A stretch of DNA of 64,000 nt from Octopus sinensis. Lineage: Eukaryota. Numbering within the stretch: position 1 is the stretch's first letter; each line of letters begins with the position of its first letter. Shown in pieces: positions 13,093 through 24,895 of the stretch. The translations under genes were made by a program, and so were the position numbers. A model generated the notes under the pieces. The model had not been told where the DNA came from. It was given only the letters and a program-made list of their open reading frames with translations, and made no database searches. The stretch spans positions 51,584,001 through 51,648,000 of the forward strand of contig NC_043009.1 in NCBI RefSeq assembly GCF_006345805.1, written 5' to 3'.

Positions 13093-13715
13093 TACGTAGA
13101 AATATACGGAAACTATGATTCTGAAAAATAAAAAAAAATTGTAAAATTTCAATTTTTCAAAAAATAAATAAATAATAAACACTCCTCCCCTCCTACTAAA
13201 ATAGCAGATATAAAAAGTATCTAAACAGAAAACTCGACATGATAGGTACAACAGCTAAACAACGAATAACATTTTCAAAATGTTAAGTTCCCCACCCCCC
13301 TTTTTTCTTTGCTAGAAGGGTAGAGAAGAGGAAAATTAAATTTTGAGAACGTGTTTTGGGGATTTTCAAAATATTCAGTTATTAAGTACACTCCAACCGG
13401 AAACTCCGACACCCTAGAAACAACAGTCAACCCTAAGATCCACTCTCTACATACGAATTATCAAAGAAGAAAAATAAAATTTCATTTCATTTTGTTGTCC
13501 TGTGTGTGTGTACGTGTTTGTGTGTATGTGTGTGTACAAAACAACTAATTTTTACATACCCCTCTTAATTTCAAAAGGCCCTCAACCGCAACATATTCAC
13601 TTTTTGTCACATATGCGTTGGCGGAGGGGAGGGGGGTTTATTTATTTATTTTTGAAAAATTGAAATTTTACAGTTTTCTTTTTTCAGAATCATGATCTCC
13701 GTATTTTACAACGTA
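13093..13715. repeat. Pair of ~95-100-bp imperfect inverted repeats (13093-13193 and 13623-13715)
   Basis: TACG...ATGATTCTGAAAAA...TGTAAAATTTCAATTTTTCAAAAA(A)TAAATAAAT...CTCCCCTCC matches the reverse complement of 13623-13715 with scattered differences. Confidence 0.7.
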
Positions 13716-14107
13716 TTTCGGCGAAACAATATTTCTAAAAAAAAAAAAAAAAACGACAAATTGAGAGTGGAGGGAATTAAAATTTTGAAATGCCGATTTG
13801 TTTTTCGCAGATTCAGAACCTCCGCAGCCGAAAAGGTAGGTTTCTGTAGAAAAACAAAAAACCCAAAGGGTGGTGAGGTCCATATCCTTTATCTCCTCCA
13901 AAATCTGCTGCACAGCTGAGCCGTCGGAGACTAAACCCAAAATATCAGCCCTTAGACAACTTCATACTAGAAAAACAGCACAGCAATGATAGACCCAAAG
14001 GGTTGCTTTAAACCAATGGTTCTCAAACTGTTTTTTTTTTACCAATGGAACCCGTTTAAATACTAATAACAATTGGATGTTTAAAAAATGTTCTATTTCT
14101 ATAAATA

Positions 14108-14484
14108 CACTACCGTCAGAAATTAATTAGCACCCTTGATTTGCTCTTCACTCAAGGTATGTGCTGTCACCTAGTGGCCATATCTCGAACTATTGCTTTG
14201 TTGCGAGTTCACTGTTGCGCAGAACGATGACGTAACTTTGTTTGCAGAGCAGTTTGAGAGTCTACAGCCTTATGATGTTGACATAGCATTGCAATAACTT
14301 GGAGTGCGGATGCAGACAAATCTTCCTTTGTTTAATAGATATAGGTAGCGCCTCGCAAGGACCGAAATCACACCATACTAAGTTTTCTCATCGCGTAAGA
14401 CGTTTTGAACAGCTCATAGGTTAATTGATTTAACCTATTTAATGTAGAAATTTGAGAAGTGCTAATTAATTTCTGTCGCAAGTG
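14108..14484. mobile_element. Tc1/mariner-type MITE, 377 bp
   Basis: TIRs CACTACCGTCAGAAATTAATTAGCAC and the reverse complement of GTGCTAATTAATTTCTGTCGCAAGTG; TA on both sides (14106-14107, 14485-14486). Confidence 0.75.
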
Positions 14485-14744
14485 TAGATAGTATTGGGAA
14501 TTGCATAAGAGAAATGTCAAAATATTTTTGTGTATTGTAGAAGTAGAACAAATTTATTGCTCATGAATTTTAACAAGAAAATCTTATATGAACACTTAAG
14601 GATTAAGAACCAATATTTCAAAGCAACGATGTTATAATAATCTGCAATCCATTTGCAATATAACGAAAATAAACACGTTATATCACATCACACGAAGGAT
14701 ACACAGTTTTGGCAAATGTCCTCATAGAGAAATGGCAAATGTAT

Positions 14745-15560
14745 CCGTAAAAACACAATATGGAACTAAATGAGAATTTGAATTAACCCACTTTGGAACA
14801 GAGACTGCGTTTAAGCTACAATACATCCTTCCTTCGGGCGAAAAACTCATGGCATCAAACATCTCGGAATAACTGTCGACTACACCTTCATATGGGGTGT
14901 CCAGGTAAATAACAAACTCGACGTGGTCCGTAGGGCGTCCTCCTGGATCCTCAGGAGTTTTCGGTCTAGAAAGGCTCCGATTCCTATTCTTCTCTTCACA
15001 AACATCGCCTATCGTCACCTTGAATACTGTTGTCTTCTGTGGTCTCCCTACAAGAAACACGTTATTATAAAATTAAAACAACCCAAGGATCAATCACGAG
15101 GCGTAACAACAACATAACAGGTCTTGATTAGTGGGGTCATTAAAAAACTTTATTTCCCCCCAACTTTATTTCCCTCAAACTTTATTTTCCCCAACAGCGT
15201 CGTGAGCACTCTATCATTTGTATGATGTCGAAAATATTCCAACAGCATTCCCCAAATTATTTTGGCATCAACTTCAGAATCCACCCAAAGCTTAATTCCG
15301 TGTTCGGTGTCCTACAAAAATTATGCTCGCGTCACATCACAAAACTAAGACAGAGTTATTTCACCACAAATGGCTTTGCTCATTTGAACATCATATAAGA
15401 GAAGAAATACACATAAGAGAAGAAAAGGATATAACATTCAAACGCAGCCTGGCCGAAAGAAAGACTCCAACAAATTTCAGATAAACCACCTACACCTGGA
15501 TACACCTCGGCAAACAAAAACTCATTACTCGAATGGATTATGACGCCCAAAGAATAACTA
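14745..15560 (+). mobile_element. CR1-like LINE 3' fragment (RT C-terminus), decayed
   Basis: LGITVDYTFIWGVQVNNKLDVVRRASSWILRSFRSRK...RHLEYCCLLWSPYKK, QRREHSIICMM, DKPPTPGYTSANKNSLLEW; frameshifts and stops. Confidence 0.8.
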
Positions 15561-15656
15561 CAATATGTACAATCATTAAAAGACTTAAGCAAGGCTTGGG
15601 CCAATTTTAGTGAAAACTCATCTAGATATCTAAGCTTATACACACACACACACACG

Positions 15657-15687
<31 letters not shown>

Positions 15688-15762
15688 CTTTTTGGGATCT
15701 AGTTTGCAAGAGTCTTTATGCGAGTTCGTGTGTTGAAACATACTCTGTTGTGTATACATGTT

Positions 15763-15830
<68 letters not shown>

Positions 15831-15996
15831 GTTGTATACTGTCAATCTAACACGAACGTAACAGTAGGGGGGTACACCACCGCTGTATAGCCCTAGGAAT
15901 CACCGAACGCCTCCTGATGGCTTTGACACATTTTTCCCTGTGTCCTTATATACATTTACGAAAGGGAGACAAAGACCCCCGGCCGCCGAAGCTGCA

Positions 15997-16041
15997 TCTA
16001 GGGACACGTGTTTCAGGATCATTGTCCTTCATCGGCGTAGA
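15997..16041 (-). ncRNA. Minimal type I hammerhead ribozyme motif, Penelope-type, U4C core variant
   Basis: Minus strand TCTACG-CCGATGA-AGGA-caatga-TCCT-GAAA-CAC-GTG-TC^CCTAGA: stem I 5/6 pairs, stem II 4 bp, palindromic stem III ACACGTGT, GUC cleavage triplet. Confidence 0.7.
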
Positions 16042-16221
16042 GTAGCAGACACCGGTCAGCTGGTGATATTTGTCTCGACTTCGTAATTGTATATATCTAT
16101 AATTCAGTGATTATCAAAATAATTTCTTATTTTGATAATCAGTGAATAGACTTCACTGAATTATAGATATATACAATTATAAAGTCGAGACAAATATCAC
16201 CAGCTGACCGGTGTCTGCTAC

Positions 16222-16258
16222 TCTAGGCCGATGAAGGACAATGATCCGTGTCCCTAGA
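16222..16258 (+). ncRNA. Hammerhead remnant with the GAAA core deleted
   Basis: TCTAGG-CCGATGA-AGGA-caatga-TCC-[TGAAACAC missing]-GTGTC-CCTAGA; stem I is a perfect 6 bp. Confidence 0.65.
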
Positions 16259-16483
16259 TGCAGCTTCGGCGGCCGGGGGTCTTTGTCTCCCCTTCGTAAA
16301 TGTATATAGGGACACAGGGAAAAATGTGTCAAAGCCATCAGGAGGCGTTCGATGTTTCCAAGGGCTATACAGCGGTGGTGTACCCCCCCTACTGTCACGT
16401 TCGTGTTAGATTGACAGTATACAACCATTCTATCGCCCCACCACCGTACATGTCGCTACGAGAGATTTAGAAATTCAGTATTT

Positions 16484-16526
<43 letters not shown>

Positions 16527-16730
16527 AATATGTTTATATTACTCGTTTCATCCATGCGACTGCGGCGATGCTAGATACACGTGCATATGTAAATATATGT
16601 ATATGTATACAAGTATATATCTATGTATACATGTATATGAATACGTATACATGTATGAGTGCGTACTCATGTACACACAGACACACACACACACACACCC
16701 ATATATATGTATATATGTATATATATGCAC

Positions 16731-16761
<31 letters not shown>

Positions 16762-17211
16762 TGTATGTATGTATGTATGTATGTATGCAGGGATATATGC
16801 ATAAAACTGATTAGACTACTGGCGTATGAAGCTTGGTGATTTATACCGCAACCTGATGCATATGTCATCAATGTGAGATTTTTAGAAAATAATTCTCAGA
16901 TGTTGCTATAGTGACTTGTCTGCGATGAAACAGAGCAATTACCTGAATGATGTCGTAGGTCGTTTTCTAAACAGAAGTCGTATCATATGACAAACCCATT
17001 GACAAATAGATATAAATCATATCTGTCACTTACGAGGGGACAATGACATTTATTACTGAAAGTCTGGAAGACTCGGCTCTGCAGATTTTACCGCTAACTT
17101 ATGCTTCGTGTCTATGTTGTTGCATATTTTGATGTTACACGTAATCTCCTCTTTCTGCTCACACGCACACAGAAACACACACACGCAGGCATGTGATATT
17201 ATGTATGTATG

Positions 17212-17245
<34 letters not shown>

Positions 17246-17263
17246 AACATACATATACACACA

Positions 17264-17346
<83 letters not shown>

Positions 17347-17640
17347 ACATATACATATATATTTATATGAATGTATATTCATGTGTATAAACACATGACT
17401 TATTCGACTTGGAGATACTGTATAATTATGAATAATTAAATCTCATATAAATCATCGTTGGCATTAGATAATTTGTTATCATGCGAAAATATAAATTTTC
17501 ATACGCATGCATAACATATTAAAGGGTCATGATTAAACGGTCATATATGCACATACACAATGCTCTAAATGCATACGTTTGTATTCATATAAATATCTCG
17601 ATTTACAACCAAGTATATATATATATATATATATATTCAT

Positions 17641-17862
17641 TTTTAGTTACATGTTTCAGTCAATTGACTGCGGCCATGCTGGAGAAGCACCTTTAGTCGA
17701 GCAAATCGACCCCAGGACTTATTCTTTTGTAAGCCTTGTACTTATTCTATTGGTCTCTTTTGCCCAACTGCTAGGTTACGGGGCCATAAACACACCACCA
17801 TCGGTTGTCAAGCGATGTTGGGGAAACAAAAACAACAGACACACAAACATATACACACACAT

Positions 17863-17897
<35 letters not shown>

Positions 17898-18055
17898 CAT
17901 ACGACGGGATTCTTTCAGTTTTCTGTTTCCGTCTACCAGATCCACTGACAAGTGCTAGGTCGGTCCGAGGCTATATTAGAAGACACTTGCCCAAGGTGCC
18001 ACGTAGTGGGACTAAACCCAGAAACATGTGGTTGGTAAGCAAGCTACTTACGACA
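17641..18055 (-). mobile_element. tRNA-headed SINE family A with internal (CA)/(TA) microsatellite
   Basis: Family motif CAGTCAnTTGACTGCGGCCATGCTGGAG...; several copies in the window. Confidence 0.85.
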
Positions 18056-18249
18056 CACACATATGGATAGATAGATATATAGATAGAAAGATATTAGATA
18101 TACATACTCATTCATAAGTGTACATACATCGTGCGTGAAGGATGGACATCGCGCTGATTTTGCTTAACTTTGTCGGCGCTTGTTTCACTAAAGAACGCCA
18201 TACGTAAACACATACGCACAGACATACACACTGATGCACACACATACTT

Positions 18250-18408
18250 GACCTCAGTTCTCAACTTATATCTATCTTATCGACCCCGGAATGACGAAAG
18301 GCAAATTCGGCCCCCGGCGGGTTTTAATCTCAAAGCGTAACAACTGACGAAATGCCGCGAAAAAAGTTTTCCCCGCGTGGTAACGATTCTGTCAGCTCAC
18401 CACCTTGA
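18250..18408 (-). mobile_element. SINE family B, degenerate
   Basis: Reverse-complement match to the family B body and head. Confidence 0.6.
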
Positions 18409-19068
18409 TTACTTTTAACGTTAGGGGAATGTTTCCCGTTGCACGTATATAAGTTGAGATGAACTGGTTAACTTAAAGCATACTGCTATTTCAGCAAAAC
18501 AATACAATGAAACCAGTTAAGAACTCACTCAAATACCGACTAGCAAAAAATCTCGGCTATCTCTCATAAACTACACATGAATTACACACGTACATATATG
18601 TATATTTTCTTCTATGTTTAAGTATTCGAAATTAACCTATAAGAAAGGTGCTGGTTTCTTAGATAGAAATCTCCTTTTGGATTATAGATAATGGTAACAA
18701 ATTCGCAATTTGAACATGAAGCAAATCTTACATATTTGTACTGTTACGCATACCGATTGTATATGTAAAGGACGCATTAGCTGGTGAAATTATTTTTCTT
18801 AAAACCTTAGATTGTCGCTCAGGTATTCACTTTCAAAACGAAGTGTATTAATCATCATGATATAAAGTGGCTTTATAATCTGCTAATACATGTTGAAAGT
18901 TTCGAAACATTTGACCATAATTATCATCCTGCTCATTGATTTTTGAAAAAAGATATTAACATCAGCAAGGCAGCTGGTATCTATGACGAAATCCGTCATT
19001 TTATGTACATGATTATGCATGTACGTACACATATATAGACATATATATATATATATATATATAATATA

Positions 19069-19114
<46 letters not shown>

Positions 19115-19191
19115 ATATATATATATATATACATACACGCACACGCACACACGCATACACACACACACACACACACATATATGGTTTCAAA

Positions 19192-19360
19192 TATTGGCAC
19201 AGGGCCGGCACCTTTAAATCGATGACATCGATCCCAGTGTTCAACTGATACTTTTTGTATTTATCACCTTCGAAAGAATGAAAGTCTAAGTCAACATCTG
19301 CAGAACTTGAACTGAGAAAATATGGGCGCCAAGGATTTTTCCCGGCGTGCTCACTACTGG
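19192..19360 (-). mobile_element. SINE family B, degenerate
   Basis: ACATCGATCCCAGTG..CTGATAC...CCCGGCGTGC motifs. Confidence 0.55.
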
Positions 19361-19400
19361 TGAAATTTTTATGGCTACGATCGATATCTCTACAGCATTC

Positions 19401-19432
<32 letters not shown>

Positions 19433-19459
19433 CATTCATAGATATACATATATATATAT

Positions 19460-19872
19460 GCGTAGGAGTGGCTATGTTGTAAGTAGCTTGCTTACCAACC
19501 ACACGGTTCTGGGTTCAGTCCCACTGCGTGGCACCTTGGGCAAGTGTCTACTACTGTAGCCTCGGGCTGACCAAAGCCTTGTGAGTGGATTTGGTAGACG
19601 GAAACTGAAAGAAGCCTGTCGTATATATGTATATATATATATATGTATGTGTGTGTATATGATTGTGTGTCTGTGTTTGTCCCCACAACAGCGCATTACA
19701 ACCGATGCTGGTGTGTTTACGTCCTCGTAACATAGCGGTTCGGCAAAAGAGACCGATAGAATAAGTACTAGGCTTACAAAGAATAAGTCCTGGGGTCGAT
19801 TTGCTCGACTAATGGTGGTGCTCCAGCATGGCCACAGTCAAATGACTGAAACAATTAAAAGAGTAAAAGAGA
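19460..19872 (+). mobile_element. SINE family A, near full length
   Basis: Head GCGTAGGAGTGGCT...GGGTTCAGTCCC (B-box-like), internal microsatellite, GAGTAAAA-type tail. Confidence 0.85.
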
Positions 19873-20499
19873 GAGTAAAGAGAGTATATATATAAGTCTA
19901 AAATAATATAGCATACCGAAGTGAAATCGAAACCCGAAATATGAGGACAATTAGTGAGGGTAATAATCATACACACACGTGTAATTAATAAACAGATTTT
20001 GCTGTATCGGAATGAACTCGAACCGGTATAGCCAGGCCAAGAAATTATTACTCTTCCTATCCAATTATGCGAAACCTGCATACATACATACATGCATACA
20101 TGCATACATATATATATATATATGTCTGTGTGTGCGTATGTATGCATGTATATTTTTAATTCACTTTTAACGCTGAAATAAACGATAAAACCACGAACGC
20201 TAGATTCACAATTCTTCTCTATCTATCTATGTGAAAAGTTGTATTTATCAAAGAAATCAATAATAGGCATATAATTTTGTAGGTTTCGGAAAGAAGGAAT
20301 ATGAGAAAAATTAAGAAAACTAAATATTAATATTTTATGGAAATAGCTAATTGTAAGACACGAAAATTAAATAGGAGTTCACGAAAATTATTAAATTAAG
20401 CCCATTTAATTCAATTACAACCACGAGAATAATAAAAATATCAATGATAACAATTGCAATGATAAAATGATAAATATAAATATATAATCTTAATAAGAA

Positions 20500-20534
20500 C
20501 GATGATGTTGCTAATAATGATAATGATAATGATG

Positions 20535-20603
<69 letters not shown>

Positions 20604-20707
20604 GTAAGTATAACAGCAACCAGGATGTTAATGGTCCTGAAGAGGTTGCTGATTATACAACGGCTACAGATGGTGATGGTGATGGTGATAATGATAATGA
20701 TGATGCT

Positions 20708-20738
<31 letters not shown>

Positions 20739-20939
20739 ACGACAACGACGACGACGATAAAATGTTCGTACCGGAGATATTGCCGTTGATGCTGCTGATT
20801 ATACGGATGCTGGCACAGAATGAAGAAGCCATAGTTTTATTAATTAGAACTGGATGAAGCCGTTTCGCATAGCAGAACATGAATAATGATAAAAATCAAC
20901 AACGATTCTGGCATTATAATTGTTGTTATTGCTATTATC

Positions 20940-21020
<81 letters not shown>

Positions 21021-21186
21021 TGTTTTTCATCTTCCTTCGATTTTGTTTCCATTTCATTATTGTTGTTGATGTGGTTGTTTTTATTGTATTATTTTATTGG
21101 TATTTACTATTATTTTTATCATTCTTGTTGTTGTTGTTGTTGTTGTTGTTCTTCTTCTTCTTCTTCTCTTCTTCTTCTTCTTCTTC

Positions 21187-21232
<46 letters not shown>

Positions 21233-21330
21233 CATTGTTGTTATTATTATTATTATTATTGTTGTTGTTGTTGTTGTTGTTGTAGTTATTATTATTATTA
21301 TTATCATCATCGCTGTTATCATTGGACTAC
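20500..21330. repeat. Compound trinucleotide arrays (AAT, GAT, TTA, TTG, CTT)
   Basis: Direct inspection. Confidence 0.9.
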
Positions 21331-21874
21331 TACGATATTGATTACACTATTGCCGTTACCTCTATAATTATCGTGAAAATAATTGTCATTTTATTTCAGA
21401 TATATTATTATTAGAAACTCTCATTACGAATTTGAGCGCAGCCTAGCGTTCCATGGGTCCGTGCGGGACTTCGTCGTTCTTTACTATTATTCTGTTGTAT
21501 TCACACTATATTTTGTAAATTATCTCCATTAACTAGAGTATTTAGCCTCGTTTATCACTGATTCATTCACGACTGATGCAGGATAACACGACACATCCAA
21601 TTGTGAAAACTGTTACATTTATCCCCGATTGTTGTGTGATAACACTGTTCGGATATTAGTCGAACATTCGGTTGAAACACACAAAAAAATGAAAGCGTCC
21701 CAACGAACACTCACAATGGTCAGCAACTCAAAATGGCTGTCACTTATCTCTATATTATCGTACTCTGAATTTGCTTATAATTATACATAGTTGCATATTC
21801 ATCCCATTAAAATGAGACTATTGAACAGAGAAAGGCGCGTGCTCCTAACATATGACGGGACTGAGCGTATTCTC

Positions 21875-22010
21875 TACATGAAATGTTAAAGATGATCAAG
21901 GATATCAGTAACAGTAGAAGTTTCACTGAAGTGGGTCGCGAGTTTCATGTCACTGAAAATATCTCTATCAGCATCTACAAAAAGGGTGGGAATAATTTAT
22001 TTATCATCAG
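21875..22010 (+). mobile_element. Possible decayed pogo/Tigger (CENP-B-type HTH) fragment
   Basis: Frame gives KMIKDISNSRSFTEVGREFHVTENISISIYKK, loosely like an HTH_psq pattern; short, by eye only. Confidence 0.2.
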
Positions 22011-22089
22011 TCCTAAGTTAATGTAGATAGCTTAGATATGTTTCAGACAAAGATGGTCGCATACAATGTCTTACATTAGAATATGTTAA

Positions 22090-22990
22090 GTAATTTTTCA
22101 ATCAAGGTTTCTGGTATCATGACCTATTCAAGTAGGGAGATGTTGTCGACTGAAATGTATCCAGGTACAGGTGGGATATTTGGTGTCTCTTGAAGAAAAT
22201 GGCCCAGGTTTTGGTGATGGGATCTTTTCCAGGTGTTGAGATCTTTTTACTCTTTTACTCTTTTACTTGTTTCAGTCATTTGACTGCGGCCATGCTGGAG
22301 CACCGCCTTTAGTCGAGCAACTCGACCCCGGGACTTATTCTTTGAAAGCCTTGTACTTATTCTATCGGTCTCTTTTGCCGAACCACTAAGTGACGGGGAC
22401 GTAAACACACCAGCATCGGTTGTCAAGTAATGCTATGGGAACAAACACAGACACACAAACACACAAACACACACACATACATATATATACATATATGCGA
22501 CAGGCTTCTTTCAGTTTCCGTCTACCAAATCCACTCACAAGGCATTGGTCGGCACGGGGCTATAGCAGAAGACACTTGCCCAAGATGCCACGCAGTGGGA
22601 CTGGAATAATGTTGAATAAGGCAGGGTCTGTTGAGAAAATGAAATTTTATTGCAGTGAATTTATGTGTTGTGAACGTGTAATGTATAGGGAACGTATGGC
22701 ACGTGACCCCAGTCTTGGATCAATTCTATATTTAATATAAAAGGTAACATTACGCAAATGATGTAGCGCTCACGGTGACACTGGAGAGAATAAAAAATTA
22801 ATGCTAAGGCGGTCCCAGTAATCAAGATCAGTCAGTCCCTTAATCTCTTTAGTGAATGCTTGCTGGCGTGGCTCAATTCTCGTAATGCTTTGCTTGGTGT
22901 TGGGAAACCAGAGGGGGCAGCGGTATTTTCGGTTTGTCCGCACAAAATCATATATTACTATGCGATAAATAAGGATACACGTAGGCACAA
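22090..22990 (-). mobile_element. CR1-like LINE 3' fragment interrupted by a SINE
   Basis: YRCPLWFPNTKQSITRIEPRQQAFTKEIKGLTDLDYWDRL (22800-22930) and ETPNIPPVPGYISVDNISLLE (22110-22190), similar to the 14745 copy. Confidence 0.7.
22242..22606 (-). mobile_element. SINE family A, head truncated, (TCTTTTAC)n tail
   Basis: Family motifs; inserted in the CR1 fragment. Confidence 0.85.
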
Positions 22991-23447
22991 GTTCAATACA
23001 GACTAATATGTTATAATTAATAGAAACTCTAACAGTGATATGAAGAAAATTCATTAACGTTAATTAAAATTTGTTCTCATGATTGGTCATAGTGATAACA
23101 GAAACTCTCATCAAAGAAAAATTAAATGGAGACTGGCAGAGGTAGAAGAATCCTATCTTTGCTAGAAATGATGAAAATTTCGAACCGCCTATGAAAATTT
23201 TAAAATGTTTATTTCTATAACTGGAGTTACAATATATTATTATTGGGGATTCTATTTAATTATTTACCTATTTACTTATTTATTACTCATTTCTCTACTG
23301 TCTATTATATATCCTTTTTATGTGGTAGTATCTCCCTTTGATTCACGTTAACCTCAGGTTTTTGTATTTTTTTGTGCGTGTGTTTGCTGTAATTCGTCCT
23401 TCGATATTGTCCACCATCACTTGGGCCCTTGTGGTCAATAAAAGAAA

Positions 23448-23448
<1 letters not shown>

Positions 23449-23536
<88 letters not shown>

Positions 23537-23600
23537 GTTGTTGTTGTTGTTGTTGTTGTTATTATCCTCCTCCTCCTCCTCATTGTTATTATTATTGTTA
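23449..23600. repeat. (TTA)n/(TTG)n/(CCT)n array
   Basis: Direct inspection. Confidence 0.9.
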
Positions 23601-23639
23601 TAACTTTTATTACTTTGCTCTCGATATATGACTGATGTT

Positions 23640-24670
23640 CTGTCATGTATCATGTAAGGACCTTTCTATTTGGACGTTCGTTTCCGATCGAGCCGTTTCG
23701 ATTCGCGTGGAGGAGCCAGCTCCGCCCTCCTCACATCAATTTTTGTAAGTTAAGCCTCATTCGCCAATTTAGAAACTTTGTAGTCTAGGTAGAATGCAAA
23801 AAGATCTATCTCTAGAGGCGGTGGCGCCCGCGAAGTAATGTACCAGTTGCGGGCTGTTATGGATAATTTCCAAATGTCTTTGGCCTGGCAGTGCTACCGG
23901 GAAGTGGGGGCGATATCGGGTCGAGTTAAACTCTTCAGGCACTGTTCTGCTGTCAGACGGGCTTATCCGATGTGCTCTCAGAGCGACGAAACAATTCTGA
24001 ATGCACTCGTTCAGTGTACAGACATTGCTGAATCGTGGAGTTATTTCGAACAGCTACTGTCGCGTGTAGGAGAGATCCGTATGTCGTCCAAGTCCATGAT
24101 GAAGATCGACATACAGCCCTTCTTTAATCGGGCTGCCAAGGCAGCTTTCCTTTGTCTGGTGGCTGTGGCGAAAGAGGATATCTGGTGGACGAGGCTGAAA
24201 GGAATGAGAACAGAAACTTTCCTCCTTGGTAAAGACCTAATCGACATTTTCAAATTTTACGTGAAGAAGAAAGTGAGGGTGGAGAGTGAGGTGCTGTCCT
24301 CGAGTGAACTTTAGAAAAAGTGGGTGAAAGTTACGAAAGTGGCAAGAGTGGATAGTACTTCTTCCAATGTAGAGCTGTGAGTCGGAAGTAAAAAGTTGGC
24401 GTGAGCTCTCGTCCTTGGTACTCAGGGTTATCTTGGATGGTTTGAGTTCCTTGATTATCCTTAGAGGTCCTCCCGAATCAGAGTGATCCCATCACGATCC
24501 CATTTTCTCCCTCTTTTTCTAGTGTCACATACTATGTATTCTTCCCTTCTAATGTATATCGTGTATACTACTTATTTTATTTTATCCTTCCATTATATGT
24601 AAAGTCCCACACTTTATGTCTGGTCTTTGTATTGTTACTCTTATCCTTCGTCCTGGTAGCAAATAAAAGA
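23640..24670 (+). mobile_element. Tx1/L1-like LINE 3' end (ORF2 C-terminal zinc-binding region plus 3' UTR)
   Basis: ORF 23838-24314: MDNFQMSLAWQCYR...RAYPMCSQSDETILNALVQCTDIAESW (decayed CxxC..ET..H...C..W); T-rich UTR ending AAATAAAAGAA. Confidence 0.75.
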
Positions 24671-24676
24671 ACTTAT

Positions 24677-24895
24677 AATTTCCCTACTGAATCCATGCAA
24701 TAAAGTTACAACGTTTCTAGAAGACTGCCATTATGGCGATGACGGTGACGACAACGACGTCGCCGATGATGATGATGATGATGATGATAACACCTAGATA
24801 TGTCCCGTGTTTTTGTGTTACCTAATATCATTTTTATCAGATGGCAGTCTTCTAGAAACCTTGTAACTTTGTTGCATGGATTCAGTAGGGAAATT
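24677..24895. repeat. 55-bp near-perfect inverted repeat with a 109-bp spacer
   Basis: 24677-24731 versus 24841-24895: 53/55 complementary. Confidence 0.9.

Larger units (their letters stand above)
15823..16433. mobile_element. Long palindrome made of two inverted copies of a Penelope-like (pseudo-LTR-type) segment
   Basis: Arms 15823-16110 and 16153-16433 are reverse complements (by eye 9 substitutions, a 1-nt and an 8-nt indel); hammerhead motif in each arm. The palindrome is certain; the PLE assignment is inferred from the ribozyme type. Confidence 0.75.

Noticed and set aside
14722-15060. 112-aa minus-strand ORF that looks like a real protein
   Set aside because: Antisense to the CR1-like RT fragment on the plus strand.
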